Source: Sphyrna mokarran (Eukaryota). Taken from it: a stretch of DNA of 64,000 nt. The translations under genes and the position numbers were made by a program. This document shows, in pieces, positions 38,757 to 50,958 of this stretch (positions within the stretch are counted from its first letter, which is position 1; every line of letters starts with the position of its first letter). The stretch spans positions 8,370,001 to 8,434,000 of the forward strand of contig JAGIQG010000006.1 of assembly GCA_024679065.1 (NCBI GenBank). Direction: 5' to 3'. The notes below the pieces were generated by a model. The model made no database searches and was not told the origin of the DNA. It was given only the letters and a program-made list of their open reading frames with translations.

Positions 38757-39716
38757 CTCAGTAAGAATTTAGCATCACCAATTTTTAATCCAACCAATTT
38801 ATTTGATAGTAAAATTGTGAGCTTTCAACACTCTGTGTCTTCCTCAGGCAAATGCAGTGTTCTGGTCTGCAATAGCACACATCAGCACAGACGGTCAGAG
38901 ATTGCTGATTAGAATGCGAATCCTTACATCTAACCTGCTATTCAAGTGTTAAAGTGGCTAACAATGTGTGTGAAGGGAATCCTGAGCATTGGTTACAGAA
39001 TTGTGTATTTTTTCCAGACAGCACAGTAACAAGTGAGGTTTTTTTCTAACCCAGGCAAGTTACGGGGGTTACAGAGAGTGTGTCATGAAGCCAAGATCCC
39101 TGTTAAGACCGTCCTCATGTGTGCGGAGCTTAGCTATCAGTCTCTGCTCAGCGACTCTGCGCTGTCGTGTATCACGAAAGCCCCCTTGAAGAACATTTAC
39201 CCGCAGGTTGGAGGCCGAATGCCCATGACTGCTTCAGTAAATGTTCTTCAAGGGGGCTTTCATGATACACGACAGCGCAGAGTCGCTGAGCAGAGACTGA
39301 TAGCTAAGCTCCGCACACATGAGGACGGTCTTAACAGGGATCTTGGCTTCATGACACACTCTCTGTAACCCCCGTAACTTGCCTGGGTTAGCAAAAAACC
39401 TCACTTACTGTGCTGTCTGGAGAAAATACACAATTCTCTAACCAATGCTCAGGATTCCCTTCACACACATTGTTAGCCACTTTAACACTTGAATAGCAGG
39501 TTAGATGTAAGGATTCGCATTCTAATCAGCAATCTCTGACTGTCTGTGCTGATGTGTGCTATTGCAGACCAGAACACTGCATTTGCCTGAGGAAGACACA
39601 GAGTGTTGAAAGCTCACAATTTTACTATCAAATAAATTGGTTGGATTAAAAATTGGTGTTGCTAAATTCTTACTGAGTTCTTACCACCCTAATCCAACGC
39701 CGGCATCTTTACATCA
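38757..39716. mobile_element. Palindromic non-autonomous Penelope derivative (inverted pLTR + endonuclease C-terminus, ~440-bp arms)
   Basis: 38757-39200 is the reverse complement of 39237-39677, followed by a ~40-nt tail. TSD TGTCTGATATGCA, with the empty site at ~63511-63523. Confidence 0.9.
39581..39621 (+). ncRNA. Minimal hammerhead ribozyme motif in pLTR (9332-9372 and 51664-51704 are core-mutated copies, CTGACAA)
   Basis: ATTTGC CTGAGGA A GACAC AGA GTGTT GAAA GCTC ACAATT. Confidence 0.65.
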
Positions 39717-40537
39717 TGTCTGATATGCATCAGAAGTTGTGTGGTGTTCACCAGATAGTAACTCAGAAGCTGCCCGCTAATGTCACCCACCGGAGTGTGT
39801 GTGTCTCTGCGCTGTGGATGGTGTGAATGATAGCTGGGGTGTTACATCCTGTCTGCATCAACAGTGACAAAGTGGAAATAGTTGAAAGTTTCGGCGTTTT
39901 GGGGAGAGTGGGGGTGGCGGGGGGTTGGTGGATGTTGTGTCAGACTTACTAATGATATTGCAATCCAGTTAAATTCATGCTAATAGGTTTTGATCAGTCT
40001 CTGGGTGAGAAGAGGTTTGTGCTGTTAAAAAGGGGCTGGGATGATCAGAAATCATTTCATGATGGGCGCAAATCAAATTTTTAGCATCTCACGCTATTTT
40101 CCCAGCTCACCACACTGATCGCTGGGTGCAGTGAGGTGGTAAAATCACACCCTTAGGAATAGCTGTCAATGTGCCCAAGTGTAAATATCTGATCCTTTCT
40201 TCTCAATAAAACAATTGAGTCTTTCTTTGATCTTTGGCAATTAAACCACCCAAATTTACTGTCACACAGGCTCCAACACATGTCACATGATGTTTTTCAT
40301 ATTCCATTTAACTACAGTTCTAAACTGTTATATTCCTATTAAAGAAATGATATAGTGTGAAAGCATCACCATCCTGTACATTTCACAAATAAAGCACTAA
40401 AAAACAAGGCCTGCTGAATCTTTACTTCTTCCACTCATCAGCACAGACACAAGAATACCAGATTTCAAACAGAATAACAACTTCTCATGGAGGAAAAGAA
40501 GGATTCTGATTGGTTGAAGATTGTGTAAGACATATCT

Positions 40538-40608
40538 TCAGTAGACTGATGATTGAGAGTGAAATTTGCTGTATTTATGTTTTGCCGATTGTCCGTTGTC
40601 ACAGTGGA
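40538..40608 (-). CDS. Probable cytoplasmic-tail exon of copy 3 ((V)HCDNGQSAKHKYSKFHSQSSVY*)
   Basis: Best nearby acceptor (CAATCTTTCCAG) in phase 1 after the TM exon. An alternative acceptor near 40569 gives a different tail. No transcript support. Confidence 0.4.
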
Positions 40609-40902
40609 CTGGAAAGATTGTACCCAATGTTTCAAAACATGAGATTTTGTTGGTAATTTCTTCATTTGACCATTGTTTGGTAAATTTAGTTATTTTGGTT
40701 TAACTTTGACCCATGGGTTTATAAGACAAAGTTATACAGGGCCACTGTAACAATTTGGTTTTTTGGATACAGATCAGCCAGGCTCTGATTGAAAAAGTGA
40801 ACAGACCCGAGGGGCTGAATGGCCTCCTCCACAAAAACTCAAAGATTTCACAATATTACCATTAATCCTTCGCAGCAGTCACATTTTTATTGTGAAACTT
40901 AC

Positions 40903-41277
40903 CTACCGTCAACATCCAGATACTAAAACAAATTATAAAATATAAGATCAGTAAAAGAACCTGCACAACATAGGAAACAATAGTGGACATGTCCTTGTCT
41001 TCAGCGATGAGGTGGATCTGACGGACGTCTCTCCCGAGTTCAGTTACAGCCACACAGCTGTATGTCCCTCTCAGTATTGGGTTACGAAACTCTCCTGTGA
41101 CTTGATACTTGTCCGGCTCTTGTGTGACTGTTGTGTCAGGGCTGTTCCCGGACACTGAGCTGCCCACAGGATCGATCCATGTGATATTGGCAGGTGGCAC
41201 CGCTTTAACCCGGCACACGATGCTCTCTCCAACTATTTTATTGGTCACTGACGACAGATTCAAGATGGTGGCTGGGT
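40903..41277 (-). CDS. Siglec-15-like receptor copy 3, C2/I-set Ig domain + transmembrane exon
   Basis: 375 nt, phase 1-1, acceptor TTCCTTTCCCAAG, donor GTAAGT. ILNLS..C..PPANITW..VTGEF..GTYSCVAVTELGR is followed by hydrophobic STIVSYVVQVLLLILYFIICFSIWML. Confidence 0.9.
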
Positions 41278-41514
41278 CTTGGGAAAGGAAAGGGACAATG
41301 AGGTTAACACCAATCCATTGATCCTTACTGGAATATAGGAACAGGGATTGGCCATTTAGCCCCTTCAACTTGTTTGACTATTCAATGAGATCAGAATTGA
41401 TCTGTGACCAAGTTTCATTGAACTGCCTGAAGAAATGTTTCTGAACTTCAATCCTGAAAAGTCTGGCTCTGATGTTTAGGCTTCTGACTCCTGCCCTGAC
41501 TTTCAAAACCAGTG

Positions 41515-41885
41515 TCATAGAGTAATAGAGTCATAGAGGTTTACAGCATGGAAATAGGCCCTTCAGCCCAATTTGTCGATGCAGCCTTTTTTTTAAACCT
41601 CTAAGCTAATCCAAGTTGTCCACATTTGGCCTATATCCCTCTATACCCATCATATTCATATAACTATCTAAGTGGTTTTTAAAAGACAAAATTGTACCTG
41701 CTTCTATTACTATCTCTGGCAGCTTGTCCCAGACATTCACCGTCATCTGTGTAAAAACAAATGCCCCTCTGGACACTTTTGTATCTTTTCCCTCTCACCT
41801 TAAACTTATGCTCTCTAGTTTTAAAATCCCCTGCCTTTGGGAAAAGACTATCTCGCTGATCTGTGCCCCTCATTATTTTATATAC
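41515..41885 (-). mobile_element. CR1 LINE 3' fragment
   Basis: (CATAGAGT)n-type tail and ORF2 C-terminal remnant (KTREHKFKVRG). Confidence 0.75.
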
Positions 41886-42694
41886 AATGACAATAATGAC
41901 AGTGGCAATAATTTCTCCCATTCTACATTTAAAATTTCTTGTAACAATTTGAAACTTTTGATCAAATCACCTATTAACCTTTTATATTCCAGCAAATGTA
42001 ACCATTGTGATCTTTCCTTGTAAGGAACACTTGGATTCGGATATCAGTCTGCAAAATCTACACTCCCTCCAAGACCAATATATCTTTCCTACTCTGCGGT
42101 GCTCCTGAGCTGTTCAGATTCTGTCCAGCTGTGATCCAAGCTGAGCTTTGTATAGTTCAATCATAACCCCCTTATATTCTGTCCTCTGGATATAAAGGCC
42201 AGCATTTCATTCACCTGTATTTGATCATTTTCTGTTCATATCTATGATATTTTAATGAGTACATTTGACATGTTCTGAGCAATTTTCTGCCCTGGGTCTA
42301 AGGAAGGACCTGCTGGCCCTGGGGAGGATTCAGAGAATCCATCACGCAAACCAGCCTCCCATCCATTGACTCTGTCTACACTTCCCACTGCCTTGGCAAA
42401 GCAGTCGGAATAATGAAGGACCCTGGATATTCTCTCTTCCACCTTTGGGAAAAAGAAACAAAAGTCCGAGGTCCCGTACCAACAGACTCAAGGACAGCTT
42501 CTTCCCTGCTGCTGTCAAACTTTTGAGTAAACTTACCTTGCGTTAGGTTGATCTTTCTCTACAACCTCACTATGACTGTGACTCTACATTCTACACTCTC
42601 TCATTTCCTTCTCTATGAAGAGTATGTTTTGTCATATTGCACACAAGAAGCAATACTTTTCACTGTATGTTAAAGCATGTGACAATAATAAATC

Positions 42695-43285
42695 AGATCA
42701 AAAGGAGGTTCACAAGAATGATCCCAGGAATGAAAAGCTTGAGGAGTGTCTGAGAACTCTGGGTCAGTACTCGATGGAGTTTACAAGGAGAAGGGGAGAT
42801 CTCATCGAAACTTACAGAATACTGAAAGGACTGGATGAAGTGAACATGGGGAAGGTTAGATATATTGATGACTACAAGCACCGGACTGTGGCAACAAGGG
42901 AATTTCACTTCATTGCAGTGTTAATGTAAGCCTTACCTGTGAGTAATAAATAAACATGAAAGATATTTCCATTAGCAGGAGAGACTAGGATCCGAAGGCA
43001 CAGCCTCAGAGTAAAGGGACAATCCTTTGGAAAGAAGATGAGGAAGAATTTCTTCAGTCAGAGGGTGGTGAATCTCTGGAATTCATTACCACAGAAAGCT
43101 GTGAAGGCCAGTTCATTATACTTCAGACAGTGATAGACAGGTTGTGGATTGGTCACGGGATGAAAGGTTACAGGAAAAAGGTGGGAAAACGGGGTTGAGA
43201 AACTGATGAGACATGATTGAATTGCAGAGCAAACCCGATGGGCTGAATGGCCTAATTCTGCTCCTATATATTATGCTCTTATGGA
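42695..43285 (+). mobile_element. Ancient CR1 3' fragment (largely deleted in unit 1)
   Basis: RRGDLIETYRILKGLD and FFSQRVVNLWNSLP remnants. Confidence 0.7.
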
Positions 43286-45528
43286 CCTGTATAACTGGAT
43301 CTCCTCGGGTCTTTGGACTGTCACTGTTTCTAGATTAATGAATGATTATTACAATTCCATGGTGCTGAGATTCATTACAAGGCTCTCAGAGAGAAAGTAG
43401 TGGAGAGAGAGGTGACACCTAACAGAAGGAGATTGGATTATAATATTCATAAAGGAACCAGATCAACCCCTGGATTTGTTGTTAATCTGGGAAGTGGATT
43501 GAATTAATCGGAGTTTATCCATGGATCTTGACAACAGAGCTGCCCAGGGAATGGAGGATGAAAGAGTCTCCTGAACACTCACTGTTCCCGACAGGAAATG
43601 ACACTCACCACATCATCACAGTTCCAGATTGGTACTGCCAAAGGGGCAAAGGGCCCATGCCCAGGGGGCACCTTGAGACTGCCCACCAGGCACCTGGCAG
43701 TACCAAGGGGAAGGGCCTACGGGGCTGTGCCAAGTGGGTGGGGCCCAGGGGGCAATTGGTGGGAATGGGGGGATCCCACTGCCACTCTGCATTGTGATCG
43801 ATTGGGGCTGGAGGGAGGTCAGTGAACAGGTCGAGCCGGGAGGAGAGGGGTGTTTTGTCAGGTGGGTCTGCCTCCCGTGGGGCAATCTGCTGGGAGTGGG
43901 GTCTCCTGGGAGGTGGGGTGTCTGCTGAGGGGGGTCTGCCTCCCGAGGGTTCTGGAAATCCACCTCTGGCCGTGTTGGTCACAGCCAATCATTCAGTGTC
44001 TATTGACTCACTCAGCGCTGTTTCCAGATGTGGTCATTGGGACCAGGTTATTTGTGTTGGAATAATAAAGGTTCACCTCCATCTCAGCCCCTCACTGGGA
44101 ATTGACCTGGTCTTAACTTTTCACAGTGCAGAAGAGGGCATTCAGCCCATTAAAGCCACATGGACTTTTACCCAGACTTAACGCATAACCCTCATATTTA
44201 TCCCTACACATGTTTGGGCACCAAAAGGTTCTAAGTGCTGAATTTGTCGGAAAACTGTTGTAATTCACGATTGTTTTTCCAGTGGGAGTTGACACTCGAA
44301 TCTCCCACACTCTGTGCAAAGCAGTGTTCACGGTCACAAATATCATTAAAAGATCGGGGGGATGGAGCCAATCCATGTAAAAGTCTGTCAGTTCTGGAAC
44401 TCTGTGAAGGAGCAATGGCCCTGAGCTCTCAGCCTACAGTTTGCTGGCTGGCGATTGAGCTAACCAGCCTGGGGTCCTCACAGTGCTGCCCCTCCAGCCA
44501 TCCGCCCACGGCCTGATCGCGGACCCCACAAGAATTCATGGGTCAGCCTCGACCCTGTCATCATCCAGGAGTGCCCCAATCTCCACCCCCACCTACCCCC
44601 CGCAGTGACGATCCCTCTTTGGCAGATCCAGTCCCCTCGGGAGGCAGACCCCCCTCAGCAGACATCCCACCTCCCAGGAGACCCCACTCCCAGCAGATTG
44701 CCCCACAGGAGGCAGACCCACCTGACAGAATACCTCTCTCCCCCCGGCTCGACCTGTTCACTGACCTCCCTCCAGCCCCAATTGATCACAATGCAGAGTG
44801 GCAGTGGGATCCCCCCCCGTTCCCACTAATTGCCCCCTGGGCCCCACCCACTTGGCACTGCCGGGTGCCTGGTGGCAGTGTCAAGGTGTCCCCTGGGCAT
44901 GGGCTCTTTGCCCCTTTGGCAGGTCCAGGTGACACAATCTGGAACTGTGATAATGCCCAAACCAGGGGGGCAGCCCTCCCACCATCCGACCCCCATGGGT
45001 CTCCAGCTACTTCCCTGAAAGTGGGTGCTACTCTAAACCCCCCCGGAGTGAAGTTGTACTGGTGATGGGAGTGGGGGGGAATGTTAGTGGGCTTGGAGAA
45101 TTCAGTCCCAGGCCCCATTTTCACAATTAATTAACATTAAAAATAGATTTAAATCACTCGCCTGCTGCTGCCTCTGGTTTCCAGTGGGGTCCTGACTGCG
45201 CCAGATCTTCGGCGCTGGGTGATGTGTGTCTGTCTGGGACACACACGCAAATCCCGTGAATCGGTCACCAGCGATTCTCCCATCCCACCGGGCTAAAAAA
45301 TTAGGAAACTGGGGAGAAATTTAGCCTGGCCAATCCACCTAACCCATAAATCTTTGGACTGTGGGAGGAAACCACACCAACACAGGAAGACCATCAAACT
45401 CCACAATGTATAAAATGATCCAAGCTGGAAATTGCCAGCACTGTGAGGCAGTAGTACAAACCACTGTACCACCTGCTACAGAATGTTTTATCCACATCCC
45501 CATATCACAAACATTGATGTTTTCTTAC

Positions 45529-45894
45529 CAACAACCTGGAGTCCCATCACATCCTGAGTTACATTTTCCTGATTCCTGTTCCTGACGCGTACGTGACAGA
45601 AATAATCATTGGTGTCGTTCAGCTGCAGGTTCCTCATCCTGAGGGAAGCGTTTCCTTGGGTTGGGTTTCCAATCAGTTCATATTGATCTCCTTCATTCAC
45701 AGTGACTGGGTCATTGTAGCCAGAGCCAGCCCCCAGGGAACGAGAGTAACTAAAAACAGTGGAAAATTTTTTTTGATCCCTCTTCATCCAGAGGACAGTG
45801 AGGGAGCTGAGAGAACGCAGAGGGGGATTGAAGGTGCAAGACAGAGTGACAGAATCTCCCTTCACCCCAGTCACTGCCCGTGAATCGTTCTGAC
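45529..45894 (-). CDS. Siglec-15-like receptor copy 3, V-set domain 2 exon
   Basis: 366 nt, phase 1-1, acceptor TCCTCCCTCCCTCAG, donor GTAAGA. GDSVTLSCTF..W..LIGNPTQGNASLRM..D..YFCHV is an Ig V-set pattern. Confidence 0.9.
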
Positions 45895-48141
45895 CTGAGG
45901 GAGGGAGGATTTGAAAGAACAGATATTAATTATCATGTAGTTTTATTAAATGTAATCTCTACAATGTTTATCTACCCTGTGATATCCCTAAAGACAGATA
46001 ACACCGACCTAGATTTATACAAATACCTGGAAGTTAATGTTCCCTTCAGGAAATGAAGTTGGAAAAGTGCTGAGATCTTGGAGGGAAATTGCTCTGGAGG
46101 ATGTGACAGCACTGAGATAGAAAAGGCCATGGAGGGATTTAAAGAGCAGGATGATGTTGTTAAATAATGAGGAAATGGGTCTTGTTCCTCTGGAGAGGAT
46201 TTCCTGCCGGGTCTGATGGACAATGTGATTGGTGGGATGAAAATGGATTGTGCTGGTGGCTTTTGGGACAGCATTGGGATAAAACCATGGATAAGTTATC
46301 TCAGCCTGCCCGTACTAGACAGAGACATACTCCCATTACTCTCAATATCTACAACTGTCCCCCTCATGGGATAGCATGGAGACACGGAGGTTAGCACTGC
46401 TGCCTCACAGTGTCAGGGACCTGGATTTGATTCCTGACTTGTGTCACTGTTTGTGTGGAGTTTGCACATTGTCTGTGTGGGTTTCCTCTGAGTGCTCCGA
46501 ATTCTCCCACATTCTGGAAGATGTGCTGGTTAGGTGCATTGACCAGAATAGGCTCCGGACTGTGGTGACGAGAGGAATTTCACAGTAACTTCATTTCAAT
46601 TTTAATGTAAGGCTTATTTGAGACTAATAAATTAACTTTAATTAAATTCACAGCAGGCAGGGCCCAGGCATTCACAAAGATGGAAATCTCAGTCTTGTAC
46701 TTTCCCATTTCAAATCCATTTTACTCCAGAGAGCAGGTTAGTGAAGGAGGATCCAGGTTCTAATCTTAGTCTTATATTTAATTACCGAGTCAATAATTAC
46801 AAACAAATATATCCAAACTCAACTGCACAGTTATAGAAAATATGTTTGAAAGGTGTTCAGGAAAAGCCACTCTTTGCATATCATTAAACAGAACTATATC
46901 CAATTAGGAAATTAAATCCTCATTAAATCCGCTGTGATGTGCTCCTTAGGTGGGTTGGCCATGTTAAATTGTCCCGTAGTGACTTAAAAAGTTTCATGAA
47001 TAACAATCCTTCCACCATGCCAACAAATATAGCCCTTAACTAGCAATTAGTGTTGATATAAGGACCTTATCCCTTCTCCATTGTTATTAATCCAGTGGTG
47101 GGCTGAGGAGAGGCTTGTAACAAAATCCAAAAAGCAAACACTTCCCATGTTATCCAATGTGTGCTTCCCCCCTTGTAACTCATAAACCTTTGTGATAACC
47201 CCTGCGAGGTCTATGGGAAAGCATTGATTGACCTCTCTGTGGGACTCATTGAGTATGAGTTCCCCTGGTAACAGGCAGTGCCCATCTATTCCTGAGGCTT
47301 GTATAAGGCAGGCCTTGGACTGGGCCTGCTGATTTGCAGTCCCTGGCAGGACCTAGTGGTTTGGAGATGTCTGATTGGGGCTTCATTACACTCTGGATTT
47401 GTTGTACCTGCTGCTGCCAGACTGGGAGCTGAGAGTTACTGGAGAGGGAAGTTGCTGCTTGGACAGACAGAGAGAGGCCCCGAGGCCTGGAGGCTCACAG
47501 GCCTCACAGCCTGCAATGGAGAGAGGGAAACTGGACAGAGCCTGAAAACTGCTCTGAGTGCAATTGGAGAATCCCAGCTCAGGATCAATATTAAATCAGT
47601 TTTACATTTCTACACAATGTGAAACATGACAAGTCCAAATCCCTCCCTCTGAAATCCACACACCAGATGTGTCAATGTGAGCCACTCAGTTATGTCCCCA
47701 CTTTTACAGGGAAACCAGAGCTGAGTAATAAATCTAGTTTGATATCTAGTTTGCCCTGTACCACCCTGGTTTAAGGGCAATCCATTCCGCAGTGGCCCAG
47801 TGAATCATCAGCGATTCAGGAAGAAGATGTCCCAAAAATTTCCTGGGATGGATGATAACTATCAGCATTGCTCACAAACCAAGAGTAAACTCTTTATCAT
47901 CAAAACCCGACAGCACAAAAGGAGGGCATTCAGCCCATCGAGTCTGCACTGACCACAATCCCATCTGTCCCTGTAACCCCACACATTTACTCCACTAATC
48001 CCTCTAATTTACACATCCCGGGACACTAAGACACAATTTAACATGGCCAATGCACCTCTGTAGCACATCTTTAAAACATTTGTGCTTGTGTTTGGATTAA
48101 ATTTACATACAGTCTTATATCGAATTTGAAATATTCCTCAC

Positions 48142-48531
48142 CTCTCATTATGAGATCTCCATGCTCCAATTGAAAAGCTGCTCCTTTTTTACCATCGAGC
48201 TCCATGCGACAGAAATATTTATTTCTTGTGTCCTCTTTATCCAGCTGTTTGATGATGATTGAAGCTTCGTTCTTCCTCGGGTTTCCCAGCGCTTGGTAAT
48301 GATTATTAATATTCAGGATGACCAGATTCTGAAACTGTCTGCCCGGTGCGTTTTGTGTTGGATAATTTGTATAATTAAATATCGCTTCCTTTCCTCTGAA
48401 CCATTTAACCGTGATGTTGCCATTATATCCCGAGTGAGGGTGAGTGAACTTGCAGAACAGAACAGTAGCTTTTCCTTCCCTACCCGTCACCTTCTCCGGT
48501 GTCTCCATGCTCCAGTCATTGTGACTGTGAA
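48142..48531 (-). CDS. Siglec-15-like receptor copy 3, V-set domain 1 exon
   Basis: 390 nt, phase 1-1, acceptor TTTTGTGTTTTCCAG, donor GTGAGG. WSMETP..VLFCKFTHPH..W..LGNPRKNEASI..YFCRME parallels the Siglec-15 V-set (WSMQVP..VLPCTFTHPH..LGNPRRNDLSL..YFCRVE). Confidence 0.92.
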
Positions 48532-50958
48532 CTGGAAAACACAAAATGCTGTTTAAACACCTAACTGAGATGGGAGCTGTTACGGGACTCTGACGGAAGC
48601 TTTCTTGTTCTATTCCCCTCAACTAACCAAACAAAGTGACGGAGTGATTTGAAGATGAACTTTACAATAGCTATCGGCCCCTGAATATCCATTCAGAGTA
48701 AAGAATTCAGAGATATAAAGGCAATTAAAATCTCAGCTATGATTACAAATAATTAACATACACCAATAACAGAATATGAGTTATCTCCATCCAATCACAG
48801 TTAATACTTCATGTAACATCATATAAAATGTAATATTTAAAACCAATCACAATCACCTTACACTTGCTTAATTATAATATCCAATAGCGGTGAGCTTTTT
48901 ACTGCCTGATTTGAGTATTATTCTCCCCTATCTTTACACACTTAGACAGTGTCTACACACTCCAACATCGGTCCTTGTCCAGTGCATGATGTAAAAGACT
49001 TCTCCCAGCACAGTACCTTTCTCCCTTCTTTACCTGAAGGTCAAACTAGTTTCTTGTAATAACCACCTTGTAATTACACATTGTGTAAGCTTTGTGATTT
49101 GTCCATGTTAATCCTTTCACTGAACACAGTTATTCATGTGCCAATTATGTTCCTCCATAATTATTAATATGGGTATTGATCCACCTCAAGAGGCAATGGT
49201 TCCAGCCCTTCAGGATTGGCCAAGAGTCTCCAGCCTAAGAAATTATGTACTTGCCACAGAGGAAGTGCAGTGAAGGTTCACCAGACTGATTCCTGGGCAG
49301 GCAGGATTGATGTATGAGGAGAGATTGGGGGGACAATTCACTGGAGTTTAGAAGAATGAGAGAGAATCTAACTGAAATTTTTAAATTCTAATTGAGCTGG
49401 ACAGACTGGATGAGGGATAATCTTTGCCCTAGCTGGTGTCTGGAACAAAGGGTCACATTCTCAGGATGTAGGGCAGGCCATTTGTTTTATTCATTCATGG
49501 GAAATGGCTTTCAATGGAATGACATTTCAGAGGAATGTTAGGAGTCCCATCAGTATGGATCTGGAGTCACATGTAGGTCAGGCTCGGGTAATGAGGTCAG
49601 ATTTCCTTCCCTAAAGGACATGAGTGAATCCAATGGGTTTGTTTATGACAACCAACATGGTCATCGTTAGAGATTTAAATCCAGATTTTTATTGAAAAAG
49701 GGTGAAAGTTGTAAATGTTGATGTTCAGGGGACTTGGGAGTGCTCAGGATGGGAACACAGAAAGTTAGTATACAGGTCCACCAGCAATTAGGAAGGAAAC
49801 TGACATGTTAGTCTTTACTGTAAGAGGATTGGGGTAGAAGAATAACAAAGTCTTGCAACAATGGGTGGGATTGCATCTAGAATATTTACAATTGTATTTT
49901 CCATATTTAGGAAGGATAAACTTATATAGGAGGCAGTAGCGTGAATGTTCACTAAATTTTTCCCTGGGTTGAGATTGTTGTGCTGTGGTACATAGAACAT
50001 AGAGACTGAATAAACCAGCTCACTATTCTCTGGAGTTTTAAAGAGTAACAGGTTACCTCATCGATAGCTAGAATATTGTGAAAGACGTTGAAAGGGTGAA
50101 CGCTGAGAGATTGTTTCCCCTGACTGGGGGATTATTGTCTCACAGCACCAGCAACCAAGGTTCAATTCTGGCCTCGGGTCACTGTCTGTGTGGAAGCTGT
50201 ATGTTCTTCCCATGTCAGTGTGGATTTCCTCTGGGTGCTCCGGTTTTCTCCCACAATCTAAAGATGTGCAGGTTAGGTTGATTGGCCATAATAAATTGCC
50301 TCTTAGTGTCAGGGGAAAAAAAACAGGATAAATGAAGGTTACGGAGATAGAACCTGAATGGGATTGTGGTCAGTACAGACTTGATGGGCTGAATGGTCTC
50401 CTAGAAACGTAGGGATTCTATGATTTGACAAGGATAAAGGGCTGACTATTTTGGACAGAGATGAGGAGAAATTCCTTCACTAAAGTGTAATGATTCTATG
50501 GGAATCTCTATGCCAAAGGGTTATAACTGCTCCTGAGCTGAATAAAGTTAACTCTTGGATAGATAGATTTTTGGTCCCTCGGGGATTAAGAAGATTATTT
50601 CTTTTATTTATTATGTCACAAGCAGGCTTACATTAACACAACAATGAAGTAACTGAGTTACTGTGAAAATCCCTAATCACCACACTCCGGCGCATGTTTG
50701 GGCACAATGAGGGAGAATTTAGCTAATGCACCTAATTAGCACATCTTCTACAACTGAGGGAGAATTTAGCATGGCTAATGCGCCTAGCCAGCACATCTTT
50801 CTGACTGTGGGAGGAAACCGGAGCACCAAGAGTAAACCCACACAGACACAGGGAAAGTGTGCAGACTGTGCACAGACAGTGACCCAAGCTGGGAATCAAA
50901 CCCAGGTTGTTGGTGCTGTGAGGCAGCAGTGCTAACCACTGTGCCATCATATTACGAG

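Larger units (their letters stand above)
13993..40150. repeat. Segmental tandem unit 2 (partial, left end in gap; boundary arbitrary)
   Basis: Collinear with ~43549-63960 apart from copy-specific transposon insertions. Confidence 0.9.
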
